Assembly: GCA_963667845.2 (NCBI GenBank)
Contig: CAXXVL010000002.1
Span: 2,368,001 to 2,432,000 of the forward strand
Length of the DNA stretch: 64,000 nucleotides
DNA from: Smithellaceae bacterium
GTDB taxonomy: Bacteria > Desulfobacterota > Syntrophia > Syntrophales > Smithellaceae
Direction: 5' to 3'
Made by a program: the position numbers and the translations under genes. Below the pieces are notes generated by a model, which worked only from the letters and a program-made list of their open reading frames with translations, made no database searches and was not told the DNA's origin. Below, piece after piece: positions 30,262 through 40,500 of the stretch; the stretch's first letter is position 1, and each line of letters opens with the position of its first letter.

Positions 30262-31122
30262 ATGTCAGAAAACAACCCTTACATTCCCATGCCGGTGGAG
30301 ATCTCCAAGATCATCGACGAAGTGGATACACACGACATCAAGACCTTCCGTTTCACTTTTCTGAACAAGGAAGACGAGCAGAATTTTCTGTATCTGCCCG
30401 GCCAGTTTGCCGAACTGTCCATCTACGGAAAGGGAGAATCGCCGATCGGCATTGCTTCCTCGCCTACCGAACCGGGCTATGTGGAGTTTACCGTGCAGAG
30501 AGCCGGAGCCATCGTGCCGGGGCTCGTAACGGCCGCCCTGCATGATATGGAAGAAGGCGGCAAGATCGGTTTGCGCGGACCTCTGGGGCATCCCTGGCCG
30601 ATTGACTTTCTGGAAGGAAAGAACATTGTCGTCGTGGGCGGCGGCTTTGCGTTTACGACGCTCCGATCGCTGATCAATTACATGCTGCACAAGGAAAACC
30701 GGGCGCGCTTCGGCGAGATTACAGTGATCTACGGCGCCCGAACCCCCGGGCTGCTTCTGTACAAAGACGAACTGGCCCAGTGGGAAAAGCGTTACGACAT
30801 CAAGACCGTGATCACCGTGGATAAAGGCGATGAAACCTGGAAGGGACGGCAGGGGTTTGTTCCCGCGGTCTGCAAAGAGGTTGCGCCGCAGCCGGCAAAC
30901 ACCGTGGCCGTGATCTGCGGTCCGCCCGTCATGATCAAGTTCACGCTGCCGGTGTTTTTCGAGCTGGGCTTTTCCAAAGAGAACATTCTGACGTCGCTGG
31001 AAATGCGCATGAAATGCGGCATCGGCAAGTGCGGCCGCTGCAATGTCGGCTACAAGTACGTCTGCTCGGATGGTCCGGTGTTTTCACTGGCGGAGTTGGA
31101 CGAACTGCCCCGCGACTTCTGA
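30262..31122 (+). CDS. FlxA/AsrB-like FAD/NAD-binding oxidoreductase
   Basis: Close paralog of 23251-24090, same motifs. Confidence 0.88.
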   Translation: MSENNPYIPMPVEISKIIDEVDTHDIKTFRFTFLNKEDEQNFLYLPGQFAELSIYGKGESPIGIASSPTEPGYVEFTVQRAGAIVPGLVTAALHDMEEGGKIGLRGPLGHPWPIDFLEGKNIVVVGGGFAFTTLRSLINYMLHKENRARFGEITVIYGARTPGLLLYKDELAQWEKRYDIKTVITVDKGDETWKGRQGFVPAVCKEVAPQPANTVAVICGPPVMIKFTLPVFFELGFSKENILTSLEMRMKCGIGKCGRCNVGYKYVCSDGPVFSLAELDELPRDF

Positions 31123-31244
31123 TGACTCCGTAAAATGACCATATGCTGCGTTCCGCTTCGTTTCGCGTCGCTGCGGCCTACAAGAGTAGGCCTCACTCCG
31201 CGACTCTCGCGCGCCTTGCCTCTGGATCATTTTCCGAAGCCATC
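31121..31244. repeat. ~120-bp palindromic MITE/REP-like element, copy D
   Basis: GATGACTCCGTAAAATGA...TCATTTTCCGAAGCCATC; core nearly identical to copy C. Confidence 0.8.
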
Positions 31245-31300
31245 CGTGTGCATTTAAGTTCCTATTTACAAATCAGTATGGGTGGTATGAAAGGTCGAAA

Positions 31301-31702
31301 ATGAAGAGAATAATTGCAATCCTGGGTATCATTGTTTTCATCGCGTTGTCCGCCTTTGCCGCCGATGATGCTTTTTCGAAAATTGATAAAAACAAAGACG
31401 GCAAAATCAGCAAACAGGAATACATGGATGCCGTGACCGGCGCATTTAATGCGTATGATAAAAACGGCGACGGCATCTTAACCCGCGAGGAAATAAAGGC
31501 GATCAAGGGAATCAACGTTGAAAAATTTCTGAAAGAAACGGATGCCAACCGCGACGGCAAAATCGTCAAAGAGGAGTTCGACAGGGCTGCGGAAAAAAGA
31601 TTCAACGCCCTCGACAAAAACAAGAATGGTTACATCGATAAGAATGAGTGGCCCTCCGGCCGTTCCGGGCCTTATTCACCGTTTACGCTTTTTACATATT
31701 AA
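31301..31702 (+). CDS. Exported EF-hand calcium-binding protein
   Basis: Signal peptide (AFA-A) and four loops DKNKDGKISKQE, DKNGDGILTREE, DANRDGKIVKEE, DKNKNGYIDKNE. Confidence 0.88.
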   Translation: MKRIIAILGIIVFIALSAFAADDAFSKIDKNKDGKISKQEYMDAVTGAFNAYDKNGDGILTREEIKAIKGINVEKFLKETDANRDGKIVKEEFDRAAEKRFNALDKNKNGYIDKNEWPSGRSGPYSPFTLFTY

Positions 31703-32327
31703 GAGCCATCCACGTCCGGTAAAGGAAATAGATACCGAATCCGACCAGAAACAAGCCGGCTATCATCGAGATCAGCCGGGTGATTCGTTCGTTGATGAGT
31801 TTCTTTCCCCCGTGCAGCGCGACCGCCAGAAAGAACACCCAGAGAAAACACCCGAGCAGGATCGACAGGCAGGATAGGAAAGCGGAAAGGCTGGTTTTGA
31901 ACGGCCCCTGGGAGGCCATGAGGGCTCCGAAGACGCCTGTCCACCAGACAATCGTCATGGGAGAAGAAATCGCCAGGGCAAAGCCCGCGACAAACGGCTG
32001 TTTGAAGATGCGTCGCCGGTCCCCACCCCCGGCGGGTGTTTTTCTGAAGAAGTCCCTGACGCTCATCACGCCCAGGTAAATCAGGATAAAACTTCCGATG
32101 ACCCCCAGACCGATCTTCAGCGGCTCATTGTTGAGAAAAGCCGTCAATCCGAAGAAGATCAGCGTCAGATAGGTCGCATCCGCGCACATGGCTCCGGCGC
32201 CCGTGAGCACGGCCTCCCGGAAGCCGGAAGCGAGACCCCGCTTGATGATTTCCACGTTGACGGGCCCGATCGGTGCGGCCAGGGTTAACCCGAGCAGAAT
32301 GTTTTGCGTGAGTGTGTATTTTTCCAA
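31692..32327 (-). CDS. LysE/RhtB family transporter
   Basis: LAAPIGPVN, GAMCAD, multiple TM helices. Confidence 0.88.
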   Translation of the reverse strand: MEKYTLTQNILLGLTLAAPIGPVNVEIIKRGLASGFREAVLTGAGAMCADATYLTLIFFGLTAFLNNEPLKIGLGVIGSFILIYLGVMSVRDFFRKTPAGGGDRRRIFKQPFVAGFALAISSPMTIVWWTGVFGALMASQGPFKTSLSAFLSCLSILLGCFLWVFFLAVALHGGKKLINERITRLISMIAGLFLVGFGIYFLYRTWMALNM

Positions 32328-32419
32328 TTTGGTTCAATCGCCGTTCAATGCCTTTTTATGATTGATTTTTTATAGCGATTGCAATAACGTTCGTCAATTA
32401 TTTTTAAGGATGTATCCCT

Positions 32420-34603
32420 ATGAAATTTACCGCAGCACCCCTCCGTCGCGGATATGCCAATCAGATCCTGGCGATCAATTTAAAAAACGGCACAATCGAT
32501 GCCCGGACGCTCGATCCGAAAACAAGAGACTTCTTCATCGGCGGCAGAGGGTTGGGGCTTTATCTGCTCCATGAACAGGTGACCGCTGAAACGAAGGCCT
32601 ATGATCAGGAAAATCCGCTGATCTTTTCGCCGGGTCCGCTGGGCGGCATTCCCCAGTTTCCCGGGACGAGCAAATGCATGGCGATTTCGCTGTCGCCTTT
32701 GACCCACATCCCCGGCGTGTCGAATTTCGGCGGCCATTTCGGCGCGTATCTGAAATATGCGGGATTCGATGCGCTCACCGTCAGCGGCATCGCCGGCGAA
32801 CCCGTGATGATTGTCATCGATGGTTTCAAATCGACAGTGACCATCCGGCCGGCTCCGTCGGTCGAGCAGGTTTTCCACCTCGAGAAAATGATCGTCGATC
32901 AGTTTCTCGCCGAAGGCTATGAAAAGAAGGATATCGCTTTTTTAACGACAGGCATCGGGGCCGCCAATACCACCTTCGGCTGCATCAACAGTCATTACTA
33001 TGACGCAACCAAACCGGTGAATGGGACGAAGGGACTATACCGCACCAAACAGGCGGGGCGCACCGGTCTGGGGTCGGTCATGAGTCATAAGAATATTACG
33101 GCGATTGTCGTGCTGGCTCAATTTCCGCACGGCGACAACCCGTATGGCGCAGCCGATTGGAACAAGGTGAAGAAAGCCGGCTCGACCCTGCACAATATCG
33201 TGAAGGATATCGATCCACAGGCGCTGCAAATGCACCTGAAGGGTTCGGCGGGTTTGATTTCTTTCATGAACAAGGAAGAATATCAGTCCCTGCCGGTGAA
33301 GAATTATCAGTACGGCTCAGATCCGCAGGCAGGAAAGATCTGCGGCAAGACCTATGGCGAACGGCTTTTTGAGCATCGCGGCATGGACGGCTGTTTTCCG
33401 GGATGCAATCTGCGCTGCACGAAGGGCGGCTGGGTGATGCTCACCTCGGGAGAGCACTGCGGACGCAAGGTTTGGGTGGACGGCCCCGAATATGAAACCG
33501 CCGCCGGGTTTGGTTCCAACCTGGGGATGTGGCATCCCGAGTTCATCATGGAAGCCAACTGGCATTGCGACAATTACGGCATCGATACCATCACCACCGC
33601 AGTCATCATGGCTTTTCTCATGGAATGCTACCAGCGTGGTTATCTGACAAAAGAAGATACGGACGGATTTGAGCTTCATTGGAGCGATGAGCAGACGGCG
33701 CTGCAATTTATTCATGACCTCGCCCGCCGCAAAACGGCTCTCACGAGTATCGCCGGCCTGGGAATGATCGAACTCATGACCTGGGTTGCCGAGAAGTACG
33801 CGGCCAGAACCGGCAAGCCTGCTCCTGTAAAAGAATTGCAGCAGTTTGCCATGCAGGTCAAAGGGCTGCCCTTTTCGCTGTACCGGACGCACCGGTCTTT
33901 GTCCATGCAGGCCTCCTATGCAGCGGCGAGCGACATCGGTGCGCATCATGCCGCCGCCTGGCTGGTTAAAGTCGATTTGCTGGGCGCTTTCCCGACCTTT
34001 GAGGCCAAGGCCAGGGCGCTCATTACCTATCCCCGTGTTCGCCTCGGCAATGACAACCTGGGCCTGTGCAAGCTGCCCTGGGTGGACGTTTTTAACCCCG
34101 AATCCATGAAGCGCGGCAATACCGACATCTATATCAATCCGGCGTCGCAGGAGCTTTATGCCGATTTTTACAACGGTGTGCTGGGGATGGATCTTTCCTG
34201 GGAGCAGATTTTTGAGCAGACCGACCGCGACATCAACCTGCAGCGCGTGATGAATGTTCTGTCCTTCGGCAAGACCACGGGCGAGCGGGATTGGATTCCC
34301 GACCGGGCGATCGGACCGACGGAAGATGCCCTCTACGATGCGGAAAAAGATTATAATGACAGCCAGCTTGCCGCCATTTTAGGCAAGCCCCTTCCGGATG
34401 TCCAGGCGATGGCCACGTCCGAAAAGCGCGACCTTCTGATGACACATCGGAAAAAGGAACTTAGAAAGTTGATCGATGTTTATTACGCCGAGCGCGGCTG
34501 GACGGACCGGGGCATTCCGAAACCGGACACCCTGAAACGGATCGGCCTTTGGGAATTTTTGAGCAAAGAGGCTCAAGAGAGAATCACCGGAATGAACGGC
34601 TGA
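32420..34603 (+). CDS. Aldehyde:ferredoxin oxidoreductase family (W/Mo) enzyme
   Basis: FIGGRGLG, SPLT, SNFGGHFG, LKYAGFD, AGRTGLGSVM..KN, CFPGCNLRC, GPEYET, CDNYGIDTI, GLC, YYAERGW...GIP. Confidence 0.9.
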   Translation: MKFTAAPLRRGYANQILAINLKNGTIDARTLDPKTRDFFIGGRGLGLYLLHEQVTAETKAYDQENPLIFSPGPLGGIPQFPGTSKCMAISLSPLTHIPGVSNFGGHFGAYLKYAGFDALTVSGIAGEPVMIVIDGFKSTVTIRPAPSVEQVFHLEKMIVDQFLAEGYEKKDIAFLTTGIGAANTTFGCINSHYYDATKPVNGTKGLYRTKQAGRTGLGSVMSHKNITAIVVLAQFPHGDNPYGAADWNKVKKAGSTLHNIVKDIDPQALQMHLKGSAGLISFMNKEEYQSLPVKNYQYGSDPQAGKICGKTYGERLFEHRGMDGCFPGCNLRCTKGGWVMLTSGEHCGRKVWVDGPEYETAAGFGSNLGMWHPEFIMEANWHCDNYGIDTITTAVIMAFLMECYQRGYLTKEDTDGFELHWSDEQTALQFIHDLARRKTALTSIAGLGMIELMTWVAEKYAARTGKPAPVKELQQFAMQVKGLPFSLYRTHRSLSMQASYAAASDIGAHHAAAWLVKVDLLGAFPTFEAKARALITYPRVRLGNDNLGLCKLPWVDVFNPESMKRGNTDIYINPASQELYADFYNGVLGMDLSWEQIFEQTDRDINLQRVMNVLSFGKTTGERDWIPDRAIGPTEDALYDAEKDYNDSQLAAILGKPLPDVQAMATSEKRDLLMTHRKKELRKLIDVYYAERGWTDRGIPKPDTLKRIGLWEFLSKEAQERITGMNG

Positions 34604-34898
34604 CAATCAAATCGTGCTGCGCAAGATTCCCCGCACAAAAATTCGAATGCCGTCAACCCGTTTATTGATCCGTTCCCTTTTGTCCGGTCATAAGAAATCC
34701 GATCAGAAACTTAGTATTCTACGGGCGTCCCCTGCAGCCCTCCGCACACTCCTTGGTGTGTTTGCGAGTGTCACGCATGCGATCATTCCGGTGCTTTGTC
34801 CTTCAATATCCAACCTATCGCCCTCCTCTTTAGCCCAAATGTGGTTGTAAAATAGAGTGGTTTCTGTTACTTTTTAAACATATTACTTGGGGGCCGTC

Positions 34899-35228
34899 AT
34901 GGTAGATCACGAAGAGGTACCGCAGCAGGGGGAATTTGTCGTCGTTGTTGATGATGATCTTCAGGATCTTATTCCGGGATACCTCGAAGGGCGTCGGAAG
35001 GATATTGCTGCCATCCTCGCCGCCCTTGAACGGGATGACCTGGAATTGATCCGCACCATCGGGCATAAGATGAAAGGATCCGGCGGCGGCTACGGATTTG
35101 ACAGGATCACTGAAATCGGCCGGGGTATCGAGACGGCGGCAAAAGATTCTAACAGGCAGGACATCCTGGATGAGGCTAATGACCTGCGCGATTATCTGGA
35201 CCGCGTAAAGGTTGTTTTTCATCCGTAA
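34899..35228 (+). CDS. Stand-alone Hpt phosphotransfer protein
   Basis: GHKMKGSGGGYG motif. Confidence 0.88.
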   Translation: MVDHEEVPQQGEFVVVVDDDLQDLIPGYLEGRRKDIAAILAALERDDLELIRTIGHKMKGSGGGYGFDRITEIGRGIETAAKDSNRQDILDEANDLRDYLDRVKVVFHP

Positions 35229-35289
35229 GTTGAAAATTGAAATATATCTGAACTCTGACTTAAAATGTAGTATCATTTGAAAGGCAGAT

Positions 35290-37494
35290 TTGCTTTTGAA
35301 GGAGCAGAAAATGTGCGCAAAACGATCTCACGAAGCTGTAATCCTATGTATCGACGATGACAATGAGGTCCTGAATCTGCTGAAAAGAATTCTGACGGGC
35401 GCCGGCTATTCAGTTGTGACAGCCGCAGATGGAAGACAGGGACTCATCGAAGCCCAGGACAGACAGCCGGACCTGATTCTGCTGGATGTCATGATGCCGG
35501 AGATGGATGGATATACGGTATGTTCGCAGTTGCAGGAGAACCCGGAAACAGATTATATCCCCGTGGTCTTCCTGACGGCCCTGGACGACGAAGTGAATCG
35601 GGCAAAGTCATTTGCCGTCGGCGCTGCGGATCACATCGCCAAGCCGGTCCGAAAAGACATTCTACTGGCCAAGATTAAAGAGCAGCTCAAAACAACGCTT
35701 CGCTGGCGGAAATTAAAGAAGAGGATCGCCTTACGGGCTGAAACGGTCCCCGCACCGGCGACTTTCTCCCAGTTCAAAAATGCGTTGATCGAATTGATTG
35801 CCCCCGCAGAAGAAATCCGGGATCTTTTGACCGAGACAAAACCACTCGAGATATACAATATTTGTGAACCGATGGGCATTCCCCAAAGGCAGATGACCGA
35901 ATGGATAGCCGATTTCCTGTCCTTACCCATGATTTCAAAGATTGATCCGGAACGTCTCCTGCTGGGGCTGATTCCCGTTTCTTTCGCCCGGAAAAATCAA
36001 GTTGTGGCAATACTCGATGAAAAATTCGGAAGGTCGTTCATCCTGTGCAACCCTTTTGATTGGAGTCTAACGGATGACCTGAAGAACTTGTTTGGTCTGA
36101 AGAAGGATACGGTCCTGTTTCTGGCAACTCCGGAAGATATCGATGCATTTTTCGAGCAACCGGAACAGGAGTCGGCAATGACCGTCGGGGCTCGCGTAAG
36201 GCGCCCCGGAGAGATCAAGACAGAACCGCTAGATAAGATATTCCTGGTGGAAGATTCCGATCTTCAAGAAGAAGAAGCGGATATTACACGCGAAATCGAT
36301 TCCGCAGTCATTGCCTTCATTAACAGGATTCTGGTCGATGCCTATACCAAGAGGGCCTCGGATATTCATTTCGACGCAGGAGTCCGGGGAAAGCCTTATG
36401 ATGTCCGTTTCCGGATAGACGGTATTTGTCAAATGGCTTACTCGATTCCCGAAAAGTCTAAAAAGGCCGTCGTATCGAGAATAAAGATCATCGCGAATCT
36501 GGATATCTCGGAACACCGAAAGCCGCAGAGCGGCAAATTCATGGTGCGCATTCGCGACGAGAAAGTTGAATTCCGGGTGGAAGTGACGCCTACGGTAGAC
36601 AATAATGAAAACATTGTTCTGAGAATTCTTGCCAAGTCCAAACCCGTTGCCATCGATCTGCTGGGACTCTCTCCTTATAACCACGATGCCTTTAAAAAAA
36701 TGATTACGAAGCCTCAGGGCGTCGTCCTCTGCGTGGGTCCCACCGGTTCAGGCAAAACGACGACCCTGCACTCGGCTCTCGGGCATATCAATAAACCCGA
36801 GATCACGATCTGGACCGCCGAAGATCCCGTCGAAATCAGACAAGCAGGACTCAAACAGGTGCAGATCAACACTAGAATCGGCTTCACCTTCGGCGAAGCG
36901 CTGCGTTCTTTCCTGAGAGCCGACCCCGACGTGATCATGATCGGTGAAATGCGTGACGCAGAAACGGCAAAGATTACCTTGGAAGCGTCTCTAACCGGAC
37001 ATCTGGTTTTCAGTACGCTCCATACGAATAGCGCAGCGGAAACGATTACCCGGATCATCGATATGGGGATACCCTTCTATAATTTTTCCAGTGCACTTCT
37101 GGGTATCGTTGCTCAGAGGTTGACGCGCCGGCTCTGCAGTGAATGCAAGAAACCTTATCATCCCGATCCTGAAGAGTATGAGAACCTGATCGAGTATTAC
37201 AATCCGATCTGGGCAAAAAAGCATGGACTGCCCGATTATTCCCCTGATCTGACCTTATGGAAGCGGCAAGGTTGTAGCCGCTGCGAGGGTCAAGGATATT
37301 ACGGCCGAATCGCGATTCACGAAATCATTGTGGCGTCGGATGCGATCAAGAAAGCCATTAGACAAAACCCTGATGTTGAGCATTTGATAGAGGTGGCCCT
37401 CATGGAGGGCATGAGGACGCTTCGGATGGATGGTGTCGCAAAAATCCTGGAAGGTATCACCGATTTCGAGCAAGTGTCCAGAGTCTGCCTATAG
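35290..37494 (+). CDS. Response-regulator receiver fused to GspE/PilB-type ATPase
   Basis: N-terminal REC (DDD, LLDVMMPEMDG, T, KP); ASDIHF, RFRIDG, GPTGSGKTT, EDPVE, DPDVIMIGEMRD, TGHLVFSTLHTN, two CxxC; start may be ATG 35311. Confidence 0.9.
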   Translation: MLLKEQKMCAKRSHEAVILCIDDDNEVLNLLKRILTGAGYSVVTAADGRQGLIEAQDRQPDLILLDVMMPEMDGYTVCSQLQENPETDYIPVVFLTALDDEVNRAKSFAVGAADHIAKPVRKDILLAKIKEQLKTTLRWRKLKKRIALRAETVPAPATFSQFKNALIELIAPAEEIRDLLTETKPLEIYNICEPMGIPQRQMTEWIADFLSLPMISKIDPERLLLGLIPVSFARKNQVVAILDEKFGRSFILCNPFDWSLTDDLKNLFGLKKDTVLFLATPEDIDAFFEQPEQESAMTVGARVRRPGEIKTEPLDKIFLVEDSDLQEEEADITREIDSAVIAFINRILVDAYTKRASDIHFDAGVRGKPYDVRFRIDGICQMAYSIPEKSKKAVVSRIKIIANLDISEHRKPQSGKFMVRIRDEKVEFRVEVTPTVDNNENIVLRILAKSKPVAIDLLGLSPYNHDAFKKMITKPQGVVLCVGPTGSGKTTTLHSALGHINKPEITIWTAEDPVEIRQAGLKQVQINTRIGFTFGEALRSFLRADPDVIMIGEMRDAETAKITLEASLTGHLVFSTLHTNSAAETITRIIDMGIPFYNFSSALLGIVAQRLTRRLCSECKKPYHPDPEEYENLIEYYNPIWAKKHGLPDYSPDLTLWKRQGCSRCEGQGYYGRIAIHEIIVASDAIKKAIRQNPDVEHLIEVALMEGMRTLRMDGVAKILEGITDFEQVSRVCL

Positions 37495-37534
37495 GGACCC
37501 GGATGAGCCGGGAATGCCTGGGTTTACCGTACTA

Positions 37535-40500
37535 TCAAGCAGACAGGATTTTGTTTCGGTAGTTTTGCAGGGCGGCGAGAAACTCCTGCTTCCTGATCGG
37601 TTTGGCCAGGTGTCCGTCGCATCCGGCATCAATGCTCTTCTGTTCATCTTTCTGTAAAGCATGGGCGGTCAGAGCGATGACGACGACGGGTTTACGATCG
37701 TTCTGTTTCTCCCAGTTCCTGATATGCCTGGTTGCCGTGTAGCCATCCATCACCGGCATCTGGACGTCCATAAAAATAAGATCAAAAACCGCACCCTCCC
37801 TGATTTTTGCTACCGCTTCCTGTCCGTTCTCCGCGATATCCACGGTATGGGGAAGCTTCTTGAGATAGGCTAAGATTAAAAGGCGATTGTCTTCATTGTC
37901 CTCAACAAGCAGAATATGGAGGGGACGCTCCGTGCCGCTTTCGGCCGCTGTTTTCTCCGGGGTTTGCTCTTCTTCTGCGCCGGGCAGGGGCATTCGGCTG
38001 TATCTTTCCAGGTTGACTGTAAAATAGAAAGTGCTGCCCGATCCTTCTGTGCTTTCGACCCAGATCGTTCCATTCATTTGCAATACCAGTTGCTGGCAGA
38101 TGGCTAAACCGAGACCGGTGCCCTCGAATTTGCGGGACAGGGACGAATCCACCTGACTGAATTTGTTGAATACCGTTTCGAGCATTTGGGGGGGAATGCC
38201 GATACCTGTATCCCTGATTGCAAAGGTGAGGCAGACCGTGTCGGATGATTGATCATATCCGGCGGATATTTTGCTTACGGTCTTTTCGACAGCAATATGG
38301 ACACTTCCGGCATTTGTAAATTTAAAAGCATTGCCGACGAGATTGACCAGGATCTGCCTCAGCTTGTCCGGGTCACCTGAAAACTTATCGTCAATACCCG
38401 GCGCGATGGTCCAGGAGAAGGCAATCTTCTTTTCTTCAGCTTTGACACTCATCATGTCCACAATGCCTTTCAGCAGATCATAGAGGGAAAAGGGGATAGT
38501 TTGGAGAGACGACTGTCCGGCTTCGATTTTGGAAAGGTCCAGAATGTTATTGATGAGATTGAGGAGCTTTTCGCCGGCGTAACGGAAAATATGAACGTAC
38601 CGACGCTGCTCCGCAGTGAGAGAAGTGTCCCATAGCAGATCAGCCATGCCGATGATGGCGTTCATCGGTGTGCGTATTTCATGACTCATGCTTGCCAGAA
38701 AGTCGGATTTGGCGGCGTTGGCAATCTCGGCTTGAGCCGCCATTTCCTTGGCAAAGAAGGTCTGCTGCGCGAGCGCCGTGTTCATCTGTTGAAGTTCTTC
38801 TTCTGCCCGCTTGCGGTCCGTGATGTCGCGGCTGATGCCGAGCACGCCGATCAACATTCCGTCCGGTCCCAAATAAGGTGTTTTGAGTGTATCGAACAGC
38901 TTTTTCACGCCGTCGGGATAAGTGATCCATTCCTCGTTTTGCCGCGACTGGCGCAACGCCAGCATTTTCCGGTCATGTTCCCTGAAAGAGTCGGCAACGT
39001 CTTTATCGAAAAGGTCGTAGTCTGTTTTGCCGATGATTTCTTCTCTTGACCGTCCGACAAACTCGCAAAAGGGAGGGTTACAGCCCAAATAAACACCGTG
39101 GATATCCTTGAAGAAGATGCGGTCGGGGATGGAATCAAGCAGGGAATGGATTAGACTCATCTGTCGTTTGAGTTCCTCTTCCGCTTGTTTACGTTCAGTG
39201 ATATCTTCTTTTACCGCGATAAAATTTATGATTTTGCCCCGCTTATCGGTTAGAGGTGATATAGAGGCATTCTCCCAGAATAAATCGCCGCTCTTTTTCT
39301 TGTTATGAAATTCTCCCTTCCATGTTTTACCGGAGGTGATGGTCTGCCAAAGTTGCTGGTAATTTTCCGGATGTGTCTCGCCCGATTTTAGAATACGGGG
39401 ATTCTGGCCAACGACTTGATCATAAGTATAGCCGGTGATTTCCGTAAATTTCGGGTTGACATAGGTGATATTTCCCGCTGGATCAGTTATGACAACGGAG
39501 GCGGGACTGGCTTCCGTAGCCTGTGACATATTACGCAAGGACTCCTCGATCCTCCTGCGCTCCGTGATGTCGACAAATGTTACCACTGCGCCGTACACCT
39601 CGCCGCTTACTATTTGCGGATGAGACCAGTATTCCACCGGGAAACTGGTGCCGTCAGCCTTCCAGAGAACTTCATCGTCAACATGCACCCCCCTGCCTTC
39701 ACGAAATGCCGTGTGTATTTTGCATTCTTCAACGGGCAGCGGATTCCCGTTGGCGTGGGAATGATGAATCAGCCGGTGCATGTTTTTGCCGAGCACTTGT
39801 CCCGCTTCCGCGTAGCCGAGCATGCTGAGGCAGGAAGGATTGGCAAAGGTACAGTTGCCCGAGAGATCAATACCATATATCGCTTCTGCGGTTGAATTGA
39901 GCAGCAGACGCACTTGCTCTTCGCTCTTCCTTAACGCCCCCTGAATAGCTCTGTGCTCGATTATTTCCTCTTTCAATTCCAATTCCAGCCGCTCACTGTT
40001 CAAGATGAAAAAGCAAAGCGTCCAGGGAATGCTCAGGAATATCGGTATCAGAAAGGCAAGCGTCTGGATAAAATTCAGGTTAAAGACCTCGTGTTGATCG
40101 GGCATGGAGGCGACAAAGACGGCGCGGGCAACCATGAACAGACCGTAAAACGCAAAAAATGAGCCGGCCAGCCAGTAAGTAGGCCGCCTGGCAGACGGAA
40201 GATCATGAAACAGCGACCAGGCTACCGATCCGAAAGCCACGGCAAGAAGAAGAGACGTGATAACGATGCGGGGTATGACGAGGTTATCCGCAAAACGGAA
40301 ACACAAAATCGTGACAGCCATGAGAGCGATAAAAACGGCGCCGATGATCTTATGGCTGCGCAATCTTCGAAAACGTTGCGTCCCTTCATGGTATAAGACC
40401 GCGGCGCCTGCAATGAGGAGATTGGTCAGCAGGATGGAAACGAATTCCGGAATGGTGCCGCGCAGGCCAAAGAAAAAAAAGGCTGACGTAAAGGCCAGGT

